A DNA stretch of 64,000 bases from Synechococcus sp. (GTDB lineage: Bacteria; Cyanobacteriota; Cyanobacteriia; Thermostichales; PCC-7336), in NCBI GenBank assembly GCA_051439425.1, contig JBFRWD010000140.1, forward strand, positions 1 through 64,000. The letters run 5' to 3'. The notes under the pieces are model-generated. The model saw only the letters and a list, made by a program, of their open reading frames with translations, was not told where the DNA came from and ran no database searches. Of this stretch, positions 37,180 to 47,750 are shown piece by piece. Position 1 is the first letter of the stretch, and the number at the start of each line of letters is the position of its first letter. The position numbers and the translations under genes are program-made.

Positions 37180-38214
37180 GTGCCCATCTCCAAATCTCTG
37201 GACGCCATCCCCGGCAAATTCTACCTATTCGTCGCCACAATCATCTTTGCTGGCGCCAACGCCATCACCAGTAAGCTCATGCAGCTCGGGGCACGGCAAG
37301 CAGTCGATGGCATCAACCCCATTTCTCTCTGCAATGTTCTGTTTGTGGGAAATGCCTGTGCATTGCTACTGCTAGTAGGACTCTATCGCCAACAACTGAG
37401 GCGATCGCTCTTCTCTCAACTCAGCTCCAAAGATTGGATCGTTATGGTGCTGGTGGCAATACTCTCCGGAGCACTGGCCCCCGCCCTCATCTTTGCCGCC
37501 CTCGATCTCACCTCCGTCAATAACGTCATCTTGCTCTCCCGCTTGGAGCCGCCCCTGGCGCTGATTCTGGCAATATCCGTACTCAAAGAGCGAGTCAATC
37601 GTTGGGTGGCTGCCGGAGCAGCAGTTTCTTTTGCTGGTGTCATAATCACGGTATTGCTGCAGCCTCCTACCGGGCCGATGATGGCTACCGGAGGTTTGCA
37701 GATTGGTATCGGTGACGTAGCGGCAATGGTAGGGGCGATTGCTGCGGCTGTGGCCACCACTATTAGTAAAGCTAGCTTGCAGCGTGTCCCCCTCGGTCTA
37801 TTCACCGTCTTTCGCACTGCTCTCGGTACCCTGATCTTCTTCATTGCTGCGATCGCCATATTCGGTGCCGAACATTTCGAGGGAATCGGAGTGCCGCTGG
37901 TATGGCAGTGGATGGTCATTTACGGAGCCGTGATTGTTGTTGGGGGACAACTGAGTTGGTTTGCCGGGCTGAGACGGGGAACGGCATCAGAAATTTCCCT
38001 GGCAAACTCCATCCATCCATTAGCCGGTATTGCTGCTGCATTCGCCATCTTGGGGGATGTCCCCACCTTTGGACAGTGGGTTGGGGGCGGGACAATCGCA
38101 GTTGGAATTCTGCTCACTCAGATGGGAGTGATTCGCCAGCAGCACCCGTTGAGTCAGGAGAAATCGGGAAGTCTGAAAGAAGCAGACATCGATATGGGAT
38201 TTAAGGGGATTTGA
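37180..38214 (+). CDS. DMT/EamA family transporter
   Basis: About 10 TM helices in two EamA repeats; NPISLCNVLFVGN. Start set at GTG 37180; the ORF track has 37054. Confidence 0.85.
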   Translation: MPISKSLDAIPGKFYLFVATIIFAGANAITSKLMQLGARQAVDGINPISLCNVLFVGNACALLLLVGLYRQQLRRSLFSQLSSKDWIVMVLVAILSGALAPALIFAALDLTSVNNVILLSRLEPPLALILAISVLKERVNRWVAAGAAVSFAGVIITVLLQPPTGPMMATGGLQIGIGDVAAMVGAIAAAVATTISKASLQRVPLGLFTVFRTALGTLIFFIAAIAIFGAEHFEGIGVPLVWQWMVIYGAVIVVGGQLSWFAGLRRGTASEISLANSIHPLAGIAAAFAILGDVPTFGQWVGGGTIAVGILLTQMGVIRQQHPLSQEKSGSLKEADIDMGFKGI

Positions 38215-38464
38215 GGTTGCTGGGCGGTAATACAACCTGAGGGCGATCGAACTCAGGCCGACTACGACAAATCAGCCAGTTCTGCATTGAGTTCGCGATA
38301 TTCACTCCAATCAATGTTTTCCCAGCGCTCTTCATCCGCAAGAAGAGTTGCAACATTCTTGCTAATGCGTAAGGCTACCGTCAGCTTTTTAAGTACAGGA
38401 GAGGACGTCTAAAATAATTGCTTCATACGCACTCAGAAGGCTTCGACTCCAAAATTCAGCCTGC

Positions 38465-39946
38465 TCAACGGACGAGTTCCATTCCTCTGTCAAATAGAGT
38501 GCGAGCGTAGTCCGTCCATGTGCCCTGCCCCCAATAGCGGAAGCAACTAGTTTGCAACAACAAATTGTAGAGCAATGACTGTTGATACTCTTCAGTTTGT
38601 GTGGCTTGTGGATTTGCCTGAACCTCTCGATCCCAGCGTTGGTGAAAGGCCGAACTGAGTTGATTCATCGGTTCCAAAACGTTTTCGTAGCCCTGGACCC
38701 AACTTAGATCGTTTGTCCAAGAGGCTCCGTCCATATGGAATTGATGGTCGGATTGTTTCAACCGAGCGATCGCATCTTCCACTGCCTCCGGCGTCGCGGT
38801 CTCAGGCTCGATCGCATTCCAAATTTTGTGTTGACCGACGGCTTGGCACGCTGGATAGTCAGACACCACTACACCTGTCGCTTCTAGCAGTTCCAGATAT
38901 TCGGTACCATTCAAGCCTGCAATCTCGTCTCCACCATCCCGCAATTCGTACCAAACAGGTGGAAAATCGCGCGGAAACTCGTTCATCATGACTCCGCCGT
39001 TTTCCCCATCTGCAATCTGAGTCACCAGTGACGGAACCTGCTTGCTGCCAAGTGACAGCCTTCCGTGTCCCTTTGCTTCGTGATAAGGCTGCATCTGGGC
39101 CACCAGCTTGGTGTCAGATCCTTGAGTTTTGATCAGAGCGGTAATGCTGACACTATCTCCTCTGGAATTACGAGCGATCAACCGGTTGGGAACGTACTTA
39201 TCGTCACGATCTAGAGGCGAACCATCTAGCCGCTCGACCGAATGTTCTTGCACCAGCAGCCAGCGATAGCCGCAGTCTTTCAATGCTTTGACATATTCAA
39301 ACAGGGTGTCGGGATGATTGGGTAAATGCATCTCCGGTGGAGAAAAGCCTTTTACCCTGCCAAGTGCCTCCCATCCAAAAATGGCGGCAAAGTGATGCTG
39401 CCATGCCTGAATATGCAGCTTGATATCCGGAATGGGGGTAGAGGGGACAACCGCATGACTCCACATGGTGCCCAGCCATTCCACATGGGGCCAGTATTGG
39501 CGATCGCAAGTAATCCTGGACAACGCATCCAGCACATCATTCCGCTCCATTTGCCGCAACCCCCACAGCAAATTGCCCGAGTAATCCAGCATGATGCGAG
39601 GGCTACAGCCATTGGCGACTAACTCGGGAATAAATTCCCCCATGCGGCTATAGCACCAGGCAAAAGTGCCAGCGTTGTGGTTGTCTCCATCGTGAGGATG
39701 GTCGAACATGTGCTGCAAATTGCTAATGGGCTCGCCGTGGTTCCCTGCAGGGATAGTTGGCTGGTGCATGTGGAGGGCACAGGCAAACCCCGCCTGCAAG
39801 CGATCGAAGGAGACGGAAGAGTTAGGACGCCACAGTGATTCCTGCCGCCGAACAACTTCGGCCACCTCAGTTTCCCAGCCGCATAGATTTGGAAAATTGG
39901 AGCGCAATTCTGGAAGTTGAAACGTTGAAGTCGATGTGGCTACCAT
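38465..39946 (-). CDS. glycoside hydrolase family 57 protein
   Basis: LHMHQP, FSPPEM, ADGENGG, TSCFRYWG GH57 motifs. Confidence 0.88.
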   Translation of the reverse strand: MVATSTSTFQLPELRSNFPNLCGWETEVAEVVRRQESLWRPNSSVSFDRLQAGFACALHMHQPTIPAGNHGEPISNLQHMFDHPHDGDNHNAGTFAWCYSRMGEFIPELVANGCSPRIMLDYSGNLLWGLRQMERNDVLDALSRITCDRQYWPHVEWLGTMWSHAVVPSTPIPDIKLHIQAWQHHFAAIFGWEALGRVKGFSPPEMHLPNHPDTLFEYVKALKDCGYRWLLVQEHSVERLDGSPLDRDDKYVPNRLIARNSRGDSVSITALIKTQGSDTKLVAQMQPYHEAKGHGRLSLGSKQVPSLVTQIADGENGGVMMNEFPRDFPPVWYELRDGGDEIAGLNGTEYLELLEATGVVVSDYPACQAVGQHKIWNAIEPETATPEAVEDAIARLKQSDHQFHMDGASWTNDLSWVQGYENVLEPMNQLSSAFHQRWDREVQANPQATQTEEYQQSLLYNLLLQTSCFRYWGQGTWTDYARTLFDRGMELVR

Positions 39947-40098
39947 GCTTACTCCTGAATTCTGTGCCGACTGTTTGGGTGACAGCTGGAGCTGGTTGTC
40001 ACCATTGAAAGTGCAGGGATGGCAGACGGGGCATTAATTTTTGCTTGACTGAACTGCGGAAAATGAACTTCTATGAAGGCGTGTGTCAAGGATGATTT

Positions 40099-41574
40099 AT
40101 GTACATCGTTCAGATTGCATCGGAATGCGCACCGGTCATTAAAGCGGGAGGACTGGGCGATGTTGTATACGGCCTCAGCCGCGAGCTGGATATGCGCGGC
40201 CACACGGTGGAATTGATTCTGCCGAAATACGATTGCATGCGCTACGACCACATCTGGGGATTGCACGATGCCTACAAAGATCTGTGGGTGCCCTGGTTTG
40301 GTGGCGCCATCCATTGTTCGGTGTATTGCGGATGGGTGCACGGCCAAGTGTGCTTTTTCATCGAGCCCCATTCAGATGACTTTTACTTCGATCGCGGTCA
40401 CTACTACGGCAGTGATGACGATCCGATGCGGTTTGCCTTTTTTAGCAAAGCAGCCCTAGAGTTTTTACTGCGCAGCAACAAGCGGCCTGACATCATCCAC
40501 TGTCACGACTGGCAAACCGGCCTCGTTCCGGTATTGCTGTACGAGATCTATCAATATCAGGGGATGAATACGGAGCGTGTCTGCTACACCATCCATAACT
40601 TCAAGCATCAAGGAATTGCCGGAACGAAAACGTTGTGGGCCACCGGACTCAATCGAGAATCCTATTACTTCCATCCCGACCGCCTACAAGACAACTTCAA
40701 CCCCTTTGCCATCAACTACATGAAAGGGGGGATTGTGTACTCGAACCACGTCACTACGGTGTCTCCCCATCACGCCTGGGAAGCGCGCGAAACGGACATT
40801 GGCTGTGGATTGGGACACACCCTCCACGTGCACCAGGATAAGTTCAGTGGGGTACTTAACGGTATCAATTACGATTTCTGGAATCCTGAAGTGGATACAC
40901 AGATTCCCCATCACTTCACCCCCAAGGATTTAAGCGGAAAAGCTCTTGATAAGAAGGCACTCCGCGATCGCCTACTTCTTCAAGACAACAACAAGCCCAT
41001 CATCTGCTTCATCGGTCGCCTTGACCGACAGAAGGGGGTTCACCTCGTTCATCACTCTATCTATTACTCGCTATTTAAAAACGCTCAGTTCGTTCTGTTG
41101 GGCTCCGCGACAGAGCAAAGCATCAATGACCATTTCTGGGCAGAAAAACACCATCTCAACAACAATCCTAACGCCCACCTAGAGATTGCCTTTGATGCCG
41201 AATTGGCCCATTTAATCTACGCAGGCTCGGACATTATTGTGGTGCCCAGCAATTTTGAGCCCTGCGGTTTGACCCAGATGATTGGCCTCAAATACGGCAC
41301 GGTACCGGTGGTTCGCGGCGTAGGCGGATTGGTCAATACGGTCTTCGATCGCGATTTCGACCCCAACAAGTCTGTAGAAGAGCGCAATGGATTCGTCTTC
41401 TACCAGGCTGATTACAGCGCATTGGAGTCTGCATTGGGACGGGCGATCGACTTGTATTATCAGAAGCCTGATGACTTCAGGCAGCTTGCCTTACAGGGGA
41501 TGGAGTACGACTACTCTTGGAATTTGCCGGGGGGTCAGTACGTTGAGATTTACGAGTCAATTTGTCATAAGTAG
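40099..41574 (+). CDS. glgA: glycogen synthase
   Basis: KAGGLGDV, IHCHDWQT, RLDRQKG, PSNFEPCGLTQM motifs. Confidence 0.95.
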   Translation: MYIVQIASECAPVIKAGGLGDVVYGLSRELDMRGHTVELILPKYDCMRYDHIWGLHDAYKDLWVPWFGGAIHCSVYCGWVHGQVCFFIEPHSDDFYFDRGHYYGSDDDPMRFAFFSKAALEFLLRSNKRPDIIHCHDWQTGLVPVLLYEIYQYQGMNTERVCYTIHNFKHQGIAGTKTLWATGLNRESYYFHPDRLQDNFNPFAINYMKGGIVYSNHVTTVSPHHAWEARETDIGCGLGHTLHVHQDKFSGVLNGINYDFWNPEVDTQIPHHFTPKDLSGKALDKKALRDRLLLQDNNKPIICFIGRLDRQKGVHLVHHSIYYSLFKNAQFVLLGSATEQSINDHFWAEKHHLNNNPNAHLEIAFDAELAHLIYAGSDIIVVPSNFEPCGLTQMIGLKYGTVPVVRGVGGLVNTVFDRDFDPNKSVEERNGFVFYQADYSALESALGRAIDLYYQKPDDFRQLALQGMEYDYSWNLPGGQYVEIYESICHK

Positions 41575-41771
41575 TTGTCCGCTCTCGAAATGGGCTTGAT
41601 AAAGGGCTGAGATCGCCGATGGAGAAGCGTCCGTTTGGCCATGGGGAGCGGCCACAGCGTGAGATAATGTCACCTTAAGTCACTGCCCAATGCAGACCCA
41701 TTGCGGCTAGTGAATCAGGGTTGCGATAGCATGACCCCTGTGGAATCTATTTCGATTGAGTCTTGAGGACT

Positions 41772-42671
41772 ATGACGTTGGCTGTCGATGCCTTTAACCT
41801 GACGGAGTACCTGGCCGAGCGACGAACTCTGGTTGAGGATGCACTGGCAACAGCCGTGCCGATGGCCTTTCCCGAAACTCTCTACGAGTCAATGCGCTAC
41901 AGCTTGATGGCAGGCGGTAAGCGCTTGCGCCCAATTCTGTGCCTGGCCTCCGGTGAAATGTTGGGGGGGACTGCGGAGCAGTTGATGCCCACCGCCTGCG
42001 CTCTAGAAATGATTCATACGATGTCGTTAATTCACGACGATCTTCCGGCGATGGATAACGATGATTTTCGCCGGGGTAAGCCCACAAACCACAAAGTGTA
42101 TGGAGATGACATCGCGATTTTGGCTGGAGATGCCCTGTTGGCCTATTCGTACGAAATCGTGGCCGAACGCACCCAAAATGTCGATCCCGTTCGGGTTTTG
42201 AATGTGGTCGGTCGGTTGGGGCGAGCTGTCGCTGCTGAAGGGTTGGTCGGGGGGCAAGTGGTTGACCTGCAATCGGAAGGAAAGCAAGTCACTTTAGAAA
42301 CCTTAGAATTTATTCACGCTCACAAGACTGGGGCACTGCTGGAAGTCTCTGTTGTATCTGGAGCGATTTTGGCAGGGGCAGATGACGAGACGGTCGATCG
42401 CCTGACAAAATATTCTCGCGATATCGGTCTGGCCTTCCAGGTGGTGGATGACATTTTGGATGTGACCGCCACTAGCGAACAGTTGGGCAAAACGGCGGGC
42501 AAAGATTTATTGGCAGAAAAGGCGACTTATCCCAGCCTGCTGGGTTTGGATGGGGCACGGCAGAAGGCCGCCGACCTGATCGCCCATGCCAAAGACATTG
42601 TGAGCCCTTATGGCGATCGCGCCATGCCACTTAAGGCGATCGCCGACTACATAGCCAACCGCACCCACTAA
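41772..42671 (+). CDS. crtE: geranylgeranyl diphosphate synthase
   Basis: [30 protein letters not shown] motifs. Confidence 0.93.
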   Translation: MTLAVDAFNLTEYLAERRTLVEDALATAVPMAFPETLYESMRYSLMAGGKRLRPILCLASGEMLGGTAEQLMPTACALEMIHTMSLIHDDLPAMDNDDFRRGKPTNHKVYGDDIAILAGDALLAYSYEIVAERTQNVDPVRVLNVVGRLGRAVAAEGLVGGQVVDLQSEGKQVTLETLEFIHAHKTGALLEVSVVSGAILAGADDETVDRLTKYSRDIGLAFQVVDDILDVTATSEQLGKTAGKDLLAEKATYPSLLGLDGARQKAADLIAHAKDIVSPYGDRAMPLKAIADYIANRTH

Positions 42672-42682
42672 GTCGCAGGAGG

Positions 42683-43141
42683 ATGATGGTGCAGGAGTTG
42701 TTGGACAACCATTTACTGTGGATGGCTCTATTATCAAGCTTGTTAGCCCAAGGGTTAAAGCTGATCGTTCGATACTTTGAGTCCAAGCGGATTGACTTTC
42801 ACGTACTGGTGGAAACCGGGGGAATGCCCAGTTCTCATGCCGCCTTAGTCTCGGCATTGTCTACCGGTATTGGCTTGCAGGAGGGTTGGAGCAGCCCCTT
42901 GTTTGCGGCTTCGGTCGTATTTGCATTTATCGTGATGTACGACGCAGCAGGGATTCGGCAAGCGGCAGGCAAGCAAGCCAGAGTACTCAATCAGATGGTC
43001 GACGAGCTGTTTGGAGAAAAGCATCGATTTAGCGAAGAAAAGCTCAAAGAACTTCTAGGACATACGCCGATTCAAGTGATTGCTGGCGCGGTATTGGGGT
43101 CTATATTTGCCTGCGCATCATTAAATGTCTGGGCTCTCTAA
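42683..43141 (+). CDS. divergent PAP2 family protein (DUF212)
   Basis: GGMPSSH, VMYDAAGIR, LKELLGHTP motifs; follows crtE as is common. Confidence 0.92.
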   Translation: MMVQELLDNHLLWMALLSSLLAQGLKLIVRYFESKRIDFHVLVETGGMPSSHAALVSALSTGIGLQEGWSSPLFAASVVFAFIVMYDAAGIRQAAGKQARVLNQMVDELFGEKHRFSEEKLKELLGHTPIQVIAGAVLGSIFACASLNVWAL

Positions 43142-43256
43142 CCTTCTTCAACGCATGAATAAAGTGAATAAAGCAATAGCGCAGCTCGCTTTTGCTGCCA
43201 TTCCGTAAGGCCAGAAGAATTCTACAGTGGGAAGGATTATTCTTCCTCCGCATTCT

Positions 43257-43364
43257 TAATAGCCTTTGGCAATCAGCCCTGGAGAGTTATTTAGGTCTTT
43301 ATTCCTGGCCAATCAAGGCTTTGAGCTGTCTTTATACTCCAGACCTTATAGCGGATTGTCGTAG
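43257..43364 (+). repeat. dispersed repeat family B, copy 3
   Basis: AATAGCCTTTGGCAATCAGCCCTGGAGAGTT...AGCTGTCT...CTCCAGACCTTATAGCGGATTG. Confidence 0.8.
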
Positions 43365-43907
43365 TCTACATAAGTGCTAAAAATCAACCCCCAGCATAGA
43401 GTGCTTGCCCTACTGTCGTTCCCCATAAATTGAGACGCCTGATTAGAAGCCCTAAGAACGCAATTCCTTTGCTGACAAGATATATTCATTATCTGCATAC
43501 AAGATGGCGTTGTCTGCAAGACTCCCTATTACCTATTCGTCAGTTCGCTCGTCCGATACGTCCAAGTTCTCTCAAACTTCCTGGGGAAGAAAACCTTTTT
43601 AGAAATAGGTCCTGAATTCTTTGACACTTTGATCGCGAAGTCACTGCAAAGCATTGTGCTAGGCCTATACAGGTGTTTCATTCTTACTGGTGTTCTTGAT
43701 TTTTTATATTGAAGTCCGATAACTTTTATCTCGACATTCGGGCGATCTTGTAAAGGGAGAGCCACTTTAGCAGAACTGAGTATACTCTGAATATGGTGCT
43801 AAATCTGAAGTACAGTAAACTGGCGGCATTTTATCCGTACAGGTTGTCTCTTCAGTTTTGATTGTTCAAGTACAGTTACGGGAAGGACGCATACATCCGA
43901 ATTCATT

Positions 43908-44234
43908 ATGGTAGAGCTGCGCATTATCAACAATTTCGATACAAGTTTCACCTTAGAACCTGACTCGCAGAAGTTGCTGTTTAGCTTGTTGGAAAGCGAC
44001 AGTTTTCTTGGTCAAGTGGCGGGACAGATTGAAGCCCAGAAAGTTCAGTTCACGGGTATCTTATTCCAGCCATTGCCTCAGGTTTCTGCGGCCCCCCGCA
44101 ATATGTCGCCGGAGGTGGAAGAGTATTTCACTTCAAATCAGTACGCAATTGTTGATATCCCGCCTGCATTTTTGTTTAAAGCGCGGATTTCAAATCCCAA
44201 ACATCTGTGTGCTATTTTTCACCGGCTGAAATGA
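43908..44234 (+). CDS. hypothetical protein
   Basis: 108-aa ATG ORF with globular-looking composition; no family recognised. Confidence 0.6.
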   Translation: MVELRIINNFDTSFTLEPDSQKLLFSLLESDSFLGQVAGQIEAQKVQFTGILFQPLPQVSAAPRNMSPEVEEYFTSNQYAIVDIPPAFLFKARISNPKHLCAIFHRLK

Positions 44235-44523
44235 GCACTGCTTTTGTCGGCAAGTTTTTCTGCGCGCTCTTTTTCTGCAGTGCTTAGCCCTCTTCTGAAT
44301 CAGAATCACTCGGGGCTGGCTAGGCTGACTCTATAGTGAAGACGAAACGCGATTGTGACGCAGTGACATTCTCTATGTATCCGCTCAGGACCGTTCTTGG
44401 GCGAAGTCTTGATATCTGAAAAGTGCCTCACTTCGCAGTGAATATGCACTTCAGGATAATCGAGAAACCCGTATGGCGGTGGGATAACCGCTACTAATTG
44501 CCACGTGCACAATTGCTAATTAA

Positions 44524-46104
44524 TTAGTTAAGTGTCAACTTCAGGGAGCTGGGTATCCCCCACTGGCCCTCCAGCAAGCGAATCCGCCCATTAGCCGCGA
44601 GGTGGCGAGTGATTTGGTAAACGTTCTCCACTCGGTTTCCTTCCCCGATTCGTTCGGCTAATTCTGATAAGCTTGCGGGTCGGTCTTTCAGACTAGCAAG
44701 AACTTTGAGTTGCAACTCGAGAATACTGGAGGCTGCTTTCTTCCCAGCTTCTACTCCCGGCTGGTGGTAGGCATTGATATTGATTAGAGACGCGTACAAA
44801 CCTACAGCTCGTTCGTATAGCGCAATCAATGCTCCCACCGATTGCTCGTCTACCCGAGGCAAGGTGACAGCGATTGAGTCGCGATCGTTTTCGTAGAGCG
44901 CTTGCCGGGTACCGAGGAAGAACCCTTCCAGATAATCGCCGGAGGTAACACCAGGCTCCAATTCGGGGGAGGGCCGATCTCGATCCTGCAAAACTTCGAT
45001 AAAGGTGGCGAAGAAATTGTTCACCCCATCCCGCAACTGCTGAACGTAAGCATGTTGGTCGGTCGATCCTTTATTGCCGTATACCGCCAACCCTTGATTG
45101 ACGATCGCCCCCGACAAATCTTCTGCCTTCCCCAACGATTCCATCACTAACTGTTGCAAGTAACGGCTGAACAACATCAGTCGATCTTTGTAAGGAAGAA
45201 CCACCATATCTTTGCTGCCCCTGCCATCGCTCAACCAATACCAGCAGGCCGCTAGCAACGCGGCTGGATTGGCCCGTAAATCTGGCTTGCGAGTTGCCCG
45301 ATCCATAAGTTTGGCACCGGTTAATAAAGCACGAATATCGACTCCTTGCAGCGCTGCGGGGACTAACCCAACGGCGGAGAACTCGGAGGTCCGTCCACCC
45401 ACCCAGTCATCCATGGGGAATGTCGTTAACCAGCCTTCGGACTTTGCTTGGTTGTCTAGTCTGCTCCCTTCGCCAGTAATGGCCACTGCGTGGGCAGCAA
45501 ACTCCAATCCCGCATTGGCAAATACAGCCTGGACTTCCTGCATTCCATTGCGAGGCTCTGGGGTACCGCCGGATTTTGATGTCACGGTCACCAACGTAGT
45601 GCTCAGCCGCTCGCCCAGTAGGGCTAGAACCCGATCGATGCCATCGGGATCGGTATTGTCAATAAAGTGAATGGCTAGAGGCGGGCGCTCGGGGGCTAAG
45701 GCCGAGGCGACGAATTGAGGGCCAAGGGCAGAGCCGCCAATGCCGATCGCCAGCAAATCCGTAAACTTTCCACCGGTGGGCGGAAAGATTTTACCGGCGT
45801 GAATGTCGGCCGCGAACGCTTCAATGCGATCGAGGGTGGCGGTAATGCTTTGGGTCAGCTCTGGCTTAGGAGCCAACTCGGGGGCCCGCAGCCAATAATG
45901 ACCCACCATGCGGTGCTCGTCCGGATTGGCAATGGCACCACTTTCCAATGCCTGCATGTCCTCGAAGGCTTGCGCAAACTTCGGTTCTATTTCGGCAATA
46001 AAACTATCCGTGAAGCGAACTCGACTGATATCGAGGTAAATCCCCAACTCGGCGTTGAAGTAGAGCCACTGTTGGTAGCGCTGCCAAAGCTCTGCTGGCG
46101 TCAT
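44524..46104 (-). CDS. pgi: glucose-6-phosphate isomerase
   Basis: [44 protein letters not shown] motifs. Confidence 0.96.
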   Translation of the reverse strand: MTPAELWQRYQQWLYFNAELGIYLDISRVRFTDSFIAEIEPKFAQAFEDMQALESGAIANPDEHRMVGHYWLRAPELAPKPELTQSITATLDRIEAFAADIHAGKIFPPTGGKFTDLLAIGIGGSALGPQFVASALAPERPPLAIHFIDNTDPDGIDRVLALLGERLSTTLVTVTSKSGGTPEPRNGMQEVQAVFANAGLEFAAHAVAITGEGSRLDNQAKSEGWLTTFPMDDWVGGRTSEFSAVGLVPAALQGVDIRALLTGAKLMDRATRKPDLRANPAALLAACWYWLSDGRGSKDMVVLPYKDRLMLFSRYLQQLVMESLGKAEDLSGAIVNQGLAVYGNKGSTDQHAYVQQLRDGVNNFFATFIEVLQDRDRPSPELEPGVTSGDYLEGFFLGTRQALYENDRDSIAVTLPRVDEQSVGALIALYERAVGLYASLININAYHQPGVEAGKKAASSILELQLKVLASLKDRPASLSELAERIGEGNRVENVYQITRHLAANGRIRLLEGQWGIPSSLKLTLN

Positions 46105-46215
46105 GGAATCTACTGCCTTGCTGCTGACGGGTCACCAAAAAGGCTAACGCAAAACCGACAGAGGGACGTTAAAACTAAATATGGTAATGCCTGAATTTTA
46201 AGGATTTCTGCTGCT

Positions 46216-46497
46216 ATGGCCGATCCCATCACCCCTGCAATCAGCGATCGCATCTGTAAGCACATGAACGAAGATCATGCTGAGGCGGTGGCCCTATACG
46301 CAACGGCTTACGGTGGCTTGAGCAATGTCACAGCCGCCCAAATGAAGGCGATCGATCCTGAAGGCATGGACTTAATGGCTAACGTGGATGGAGCCGAAAC
46401 CTCCGTACGAGTCACATTCGAGCATCAGTTGCAAGATTCCGAAGATGCCCATCAAACCTTGATTGCAATGGTTCGGCAGGCACGCGCTCAGACGTAA
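46216..46497 (+). CDS. DUF2470 domain protein
   Basis: RICKHMNEDH...IDPEGMDL motif. Confidence 0.88.
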   Translation: MADPITPAISDRICKHMNEDHAEAVALYATAYGGLSNVTAAQMKAIDPEGMDLMANVDGAETSVRVTFEHQLQDSEDAHQTLIAMVRQARAQT

Positions 46498-46761
46498 GCC
46501 CCATCAATCGCTTAAACCATCCGTTTGGAGTCTTCTTGAGGTGCCTGAAAATTGGGTTTCGAAACTTTAAGATTATTAACGGGCACTCTGTCGGGCTGGA
46601 CTTATTCTAAGTAAAGGTTAAAACTCAACAGTGCGATCGCTCCAAGAGTGTGCGTTTTTGCTCGCACGACTGGGGGTGTTTCCCGTTGTTGGCGATCGTC
46701 TTTATTACTTGTCTTGAAACCTCGATAAACATCCTTTTTGCATCAAAGCTTAGGAGGCCCA

Positions 46762-47490
46762 GTGAGTCATCAGTTAGCGACCTTACTGAAGGAAGGGACG
46801 AAAGAGTCTCATACGATGGCGGAAAATGTCGGATTTATTAAAAGCTTTTTGGGGGGATTGGTTGAGAAGAGTTCCTACCGCAAGCTAGTCGGAAACTTTT
46901 ACTTCGTTTACTCTGCAATTGAGCAGGAATTCGAACGCCATAAAGACCATCCGGTACTCAGCAAGCTCTATTATCCCGAACTGTGGAGAACCCATACGCT
47001 TGAAGAAGATTTGGCGTTCTACTACGGCAAAAATTGGCGCTCTGAAGTCAAAGCATCCCCTGCGTGCGAAGAGTACGTGAAGCGCCTCAAGGTTGTATCT
47101 GACGAGCAGCCCGAGTTGCTGGTTGCTCACGCTTATACCCGTTATCTAGGAGATTTGTCGGGCGGTCAGATTCTGAAAAATATCGCGAAAAATGCGATGG
47201 GTCTTGAGGATGGTGCTGGTTTGAGCTTCTACGAGTTTGAGAGCATTAAGAATCCCGGCAAGTTCAAGAACATGTATCGTGCGGCAATGGACAGCCTGCC
47301 TGTCAGCGAACAGATGGCTGAGAGCATTGTTGATGAAGCCAACCTCAGCTTCCACATGAATATGAAGATGTTCCAAGAGCTAGAAGGCAACTGGTTTATC
47401 GGTCTCATGCGCCTCACGTTAAACGCTTTGCGGGCCAAGTTGCAATCCATGTTCGGTGCCTCTGAAAAACCAGCATCTCAAGTTGGCTAG
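46762..47490 (+). CDS. ho1: heme oxygenase (biliverdin-producing)
   Basis: LKEGTKESHTMAEN, AHAYTRYLGDLSGGQIL; GTG start after AGGAGG. Confidence 0.93.
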   Translation: MSHQLATLLKEGTKESHTMAENVGFIKSFLGGLVEKSSYRKLVGNFYFVYSAIEQEFERHKDHPVLSKLYYPELWRTHTLEEDLAFYYGKNWRSEVKASPACEEYVKRLKVVSDEQPELLVAHAYTRYLGDLSGGQILKNIAKNAMGLEDGAGLSFYEFESIKNPGKFKNMYRAAMDSLPVSEQMAESIVDEANLSFHMNMKMFQELEGNWFIGLMRLTLNALRAKLQSMFGASEKPASQVG

Positions 47491-47567
47491 TTGGAGTTGG
47501 CTCCAACCCTAGTTCCTCTGTTCTTCCTGTAGTCATCCTGTAGTCATCCTGGTGATGAATTACGTCT

Positions 47568-47594
47568 AGCCCCGACATCTGTCGGGGCTTTTTT
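47568..47594 (+). terminator. rho-independent terminator after ho1
   Basis: AGCCCCGACA-TC-TGTCGGGGCT followed by TTTTT. Confidence 0.85.
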
Positions 47595-47626
47595 GAGGCT
47601 GGGTAAAGAATTGAACGCAGTGTCTG

Positions 47627-47750
47627 TTACAGCGATCGGCAATCCGCTATGGAGAGTTTCCTAAGGACTTTTCCTCGCCAATAACTTTTCCTCGCCAATA
47701 AAGGATTCTAGCTGTCTCAACACTCTAGACCTTAGAGCGGACTGCTATAG
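47627..47750 (+). repeat. dispersed repeat family B, copy 4 (107 bp plus 17-bp internal duplication); overlaps cobJ stop
   Basis: Aligns with the reverse complement of 6190-6296; ACTTTTCCTCGCCAATA occurs twice. Confidence 0.88.

Noticed and set aside
44332..44452. further TATAG-ended element near the pgi 3' end
   Set aside because: End-to-end similarity is weak and no second copy was seen
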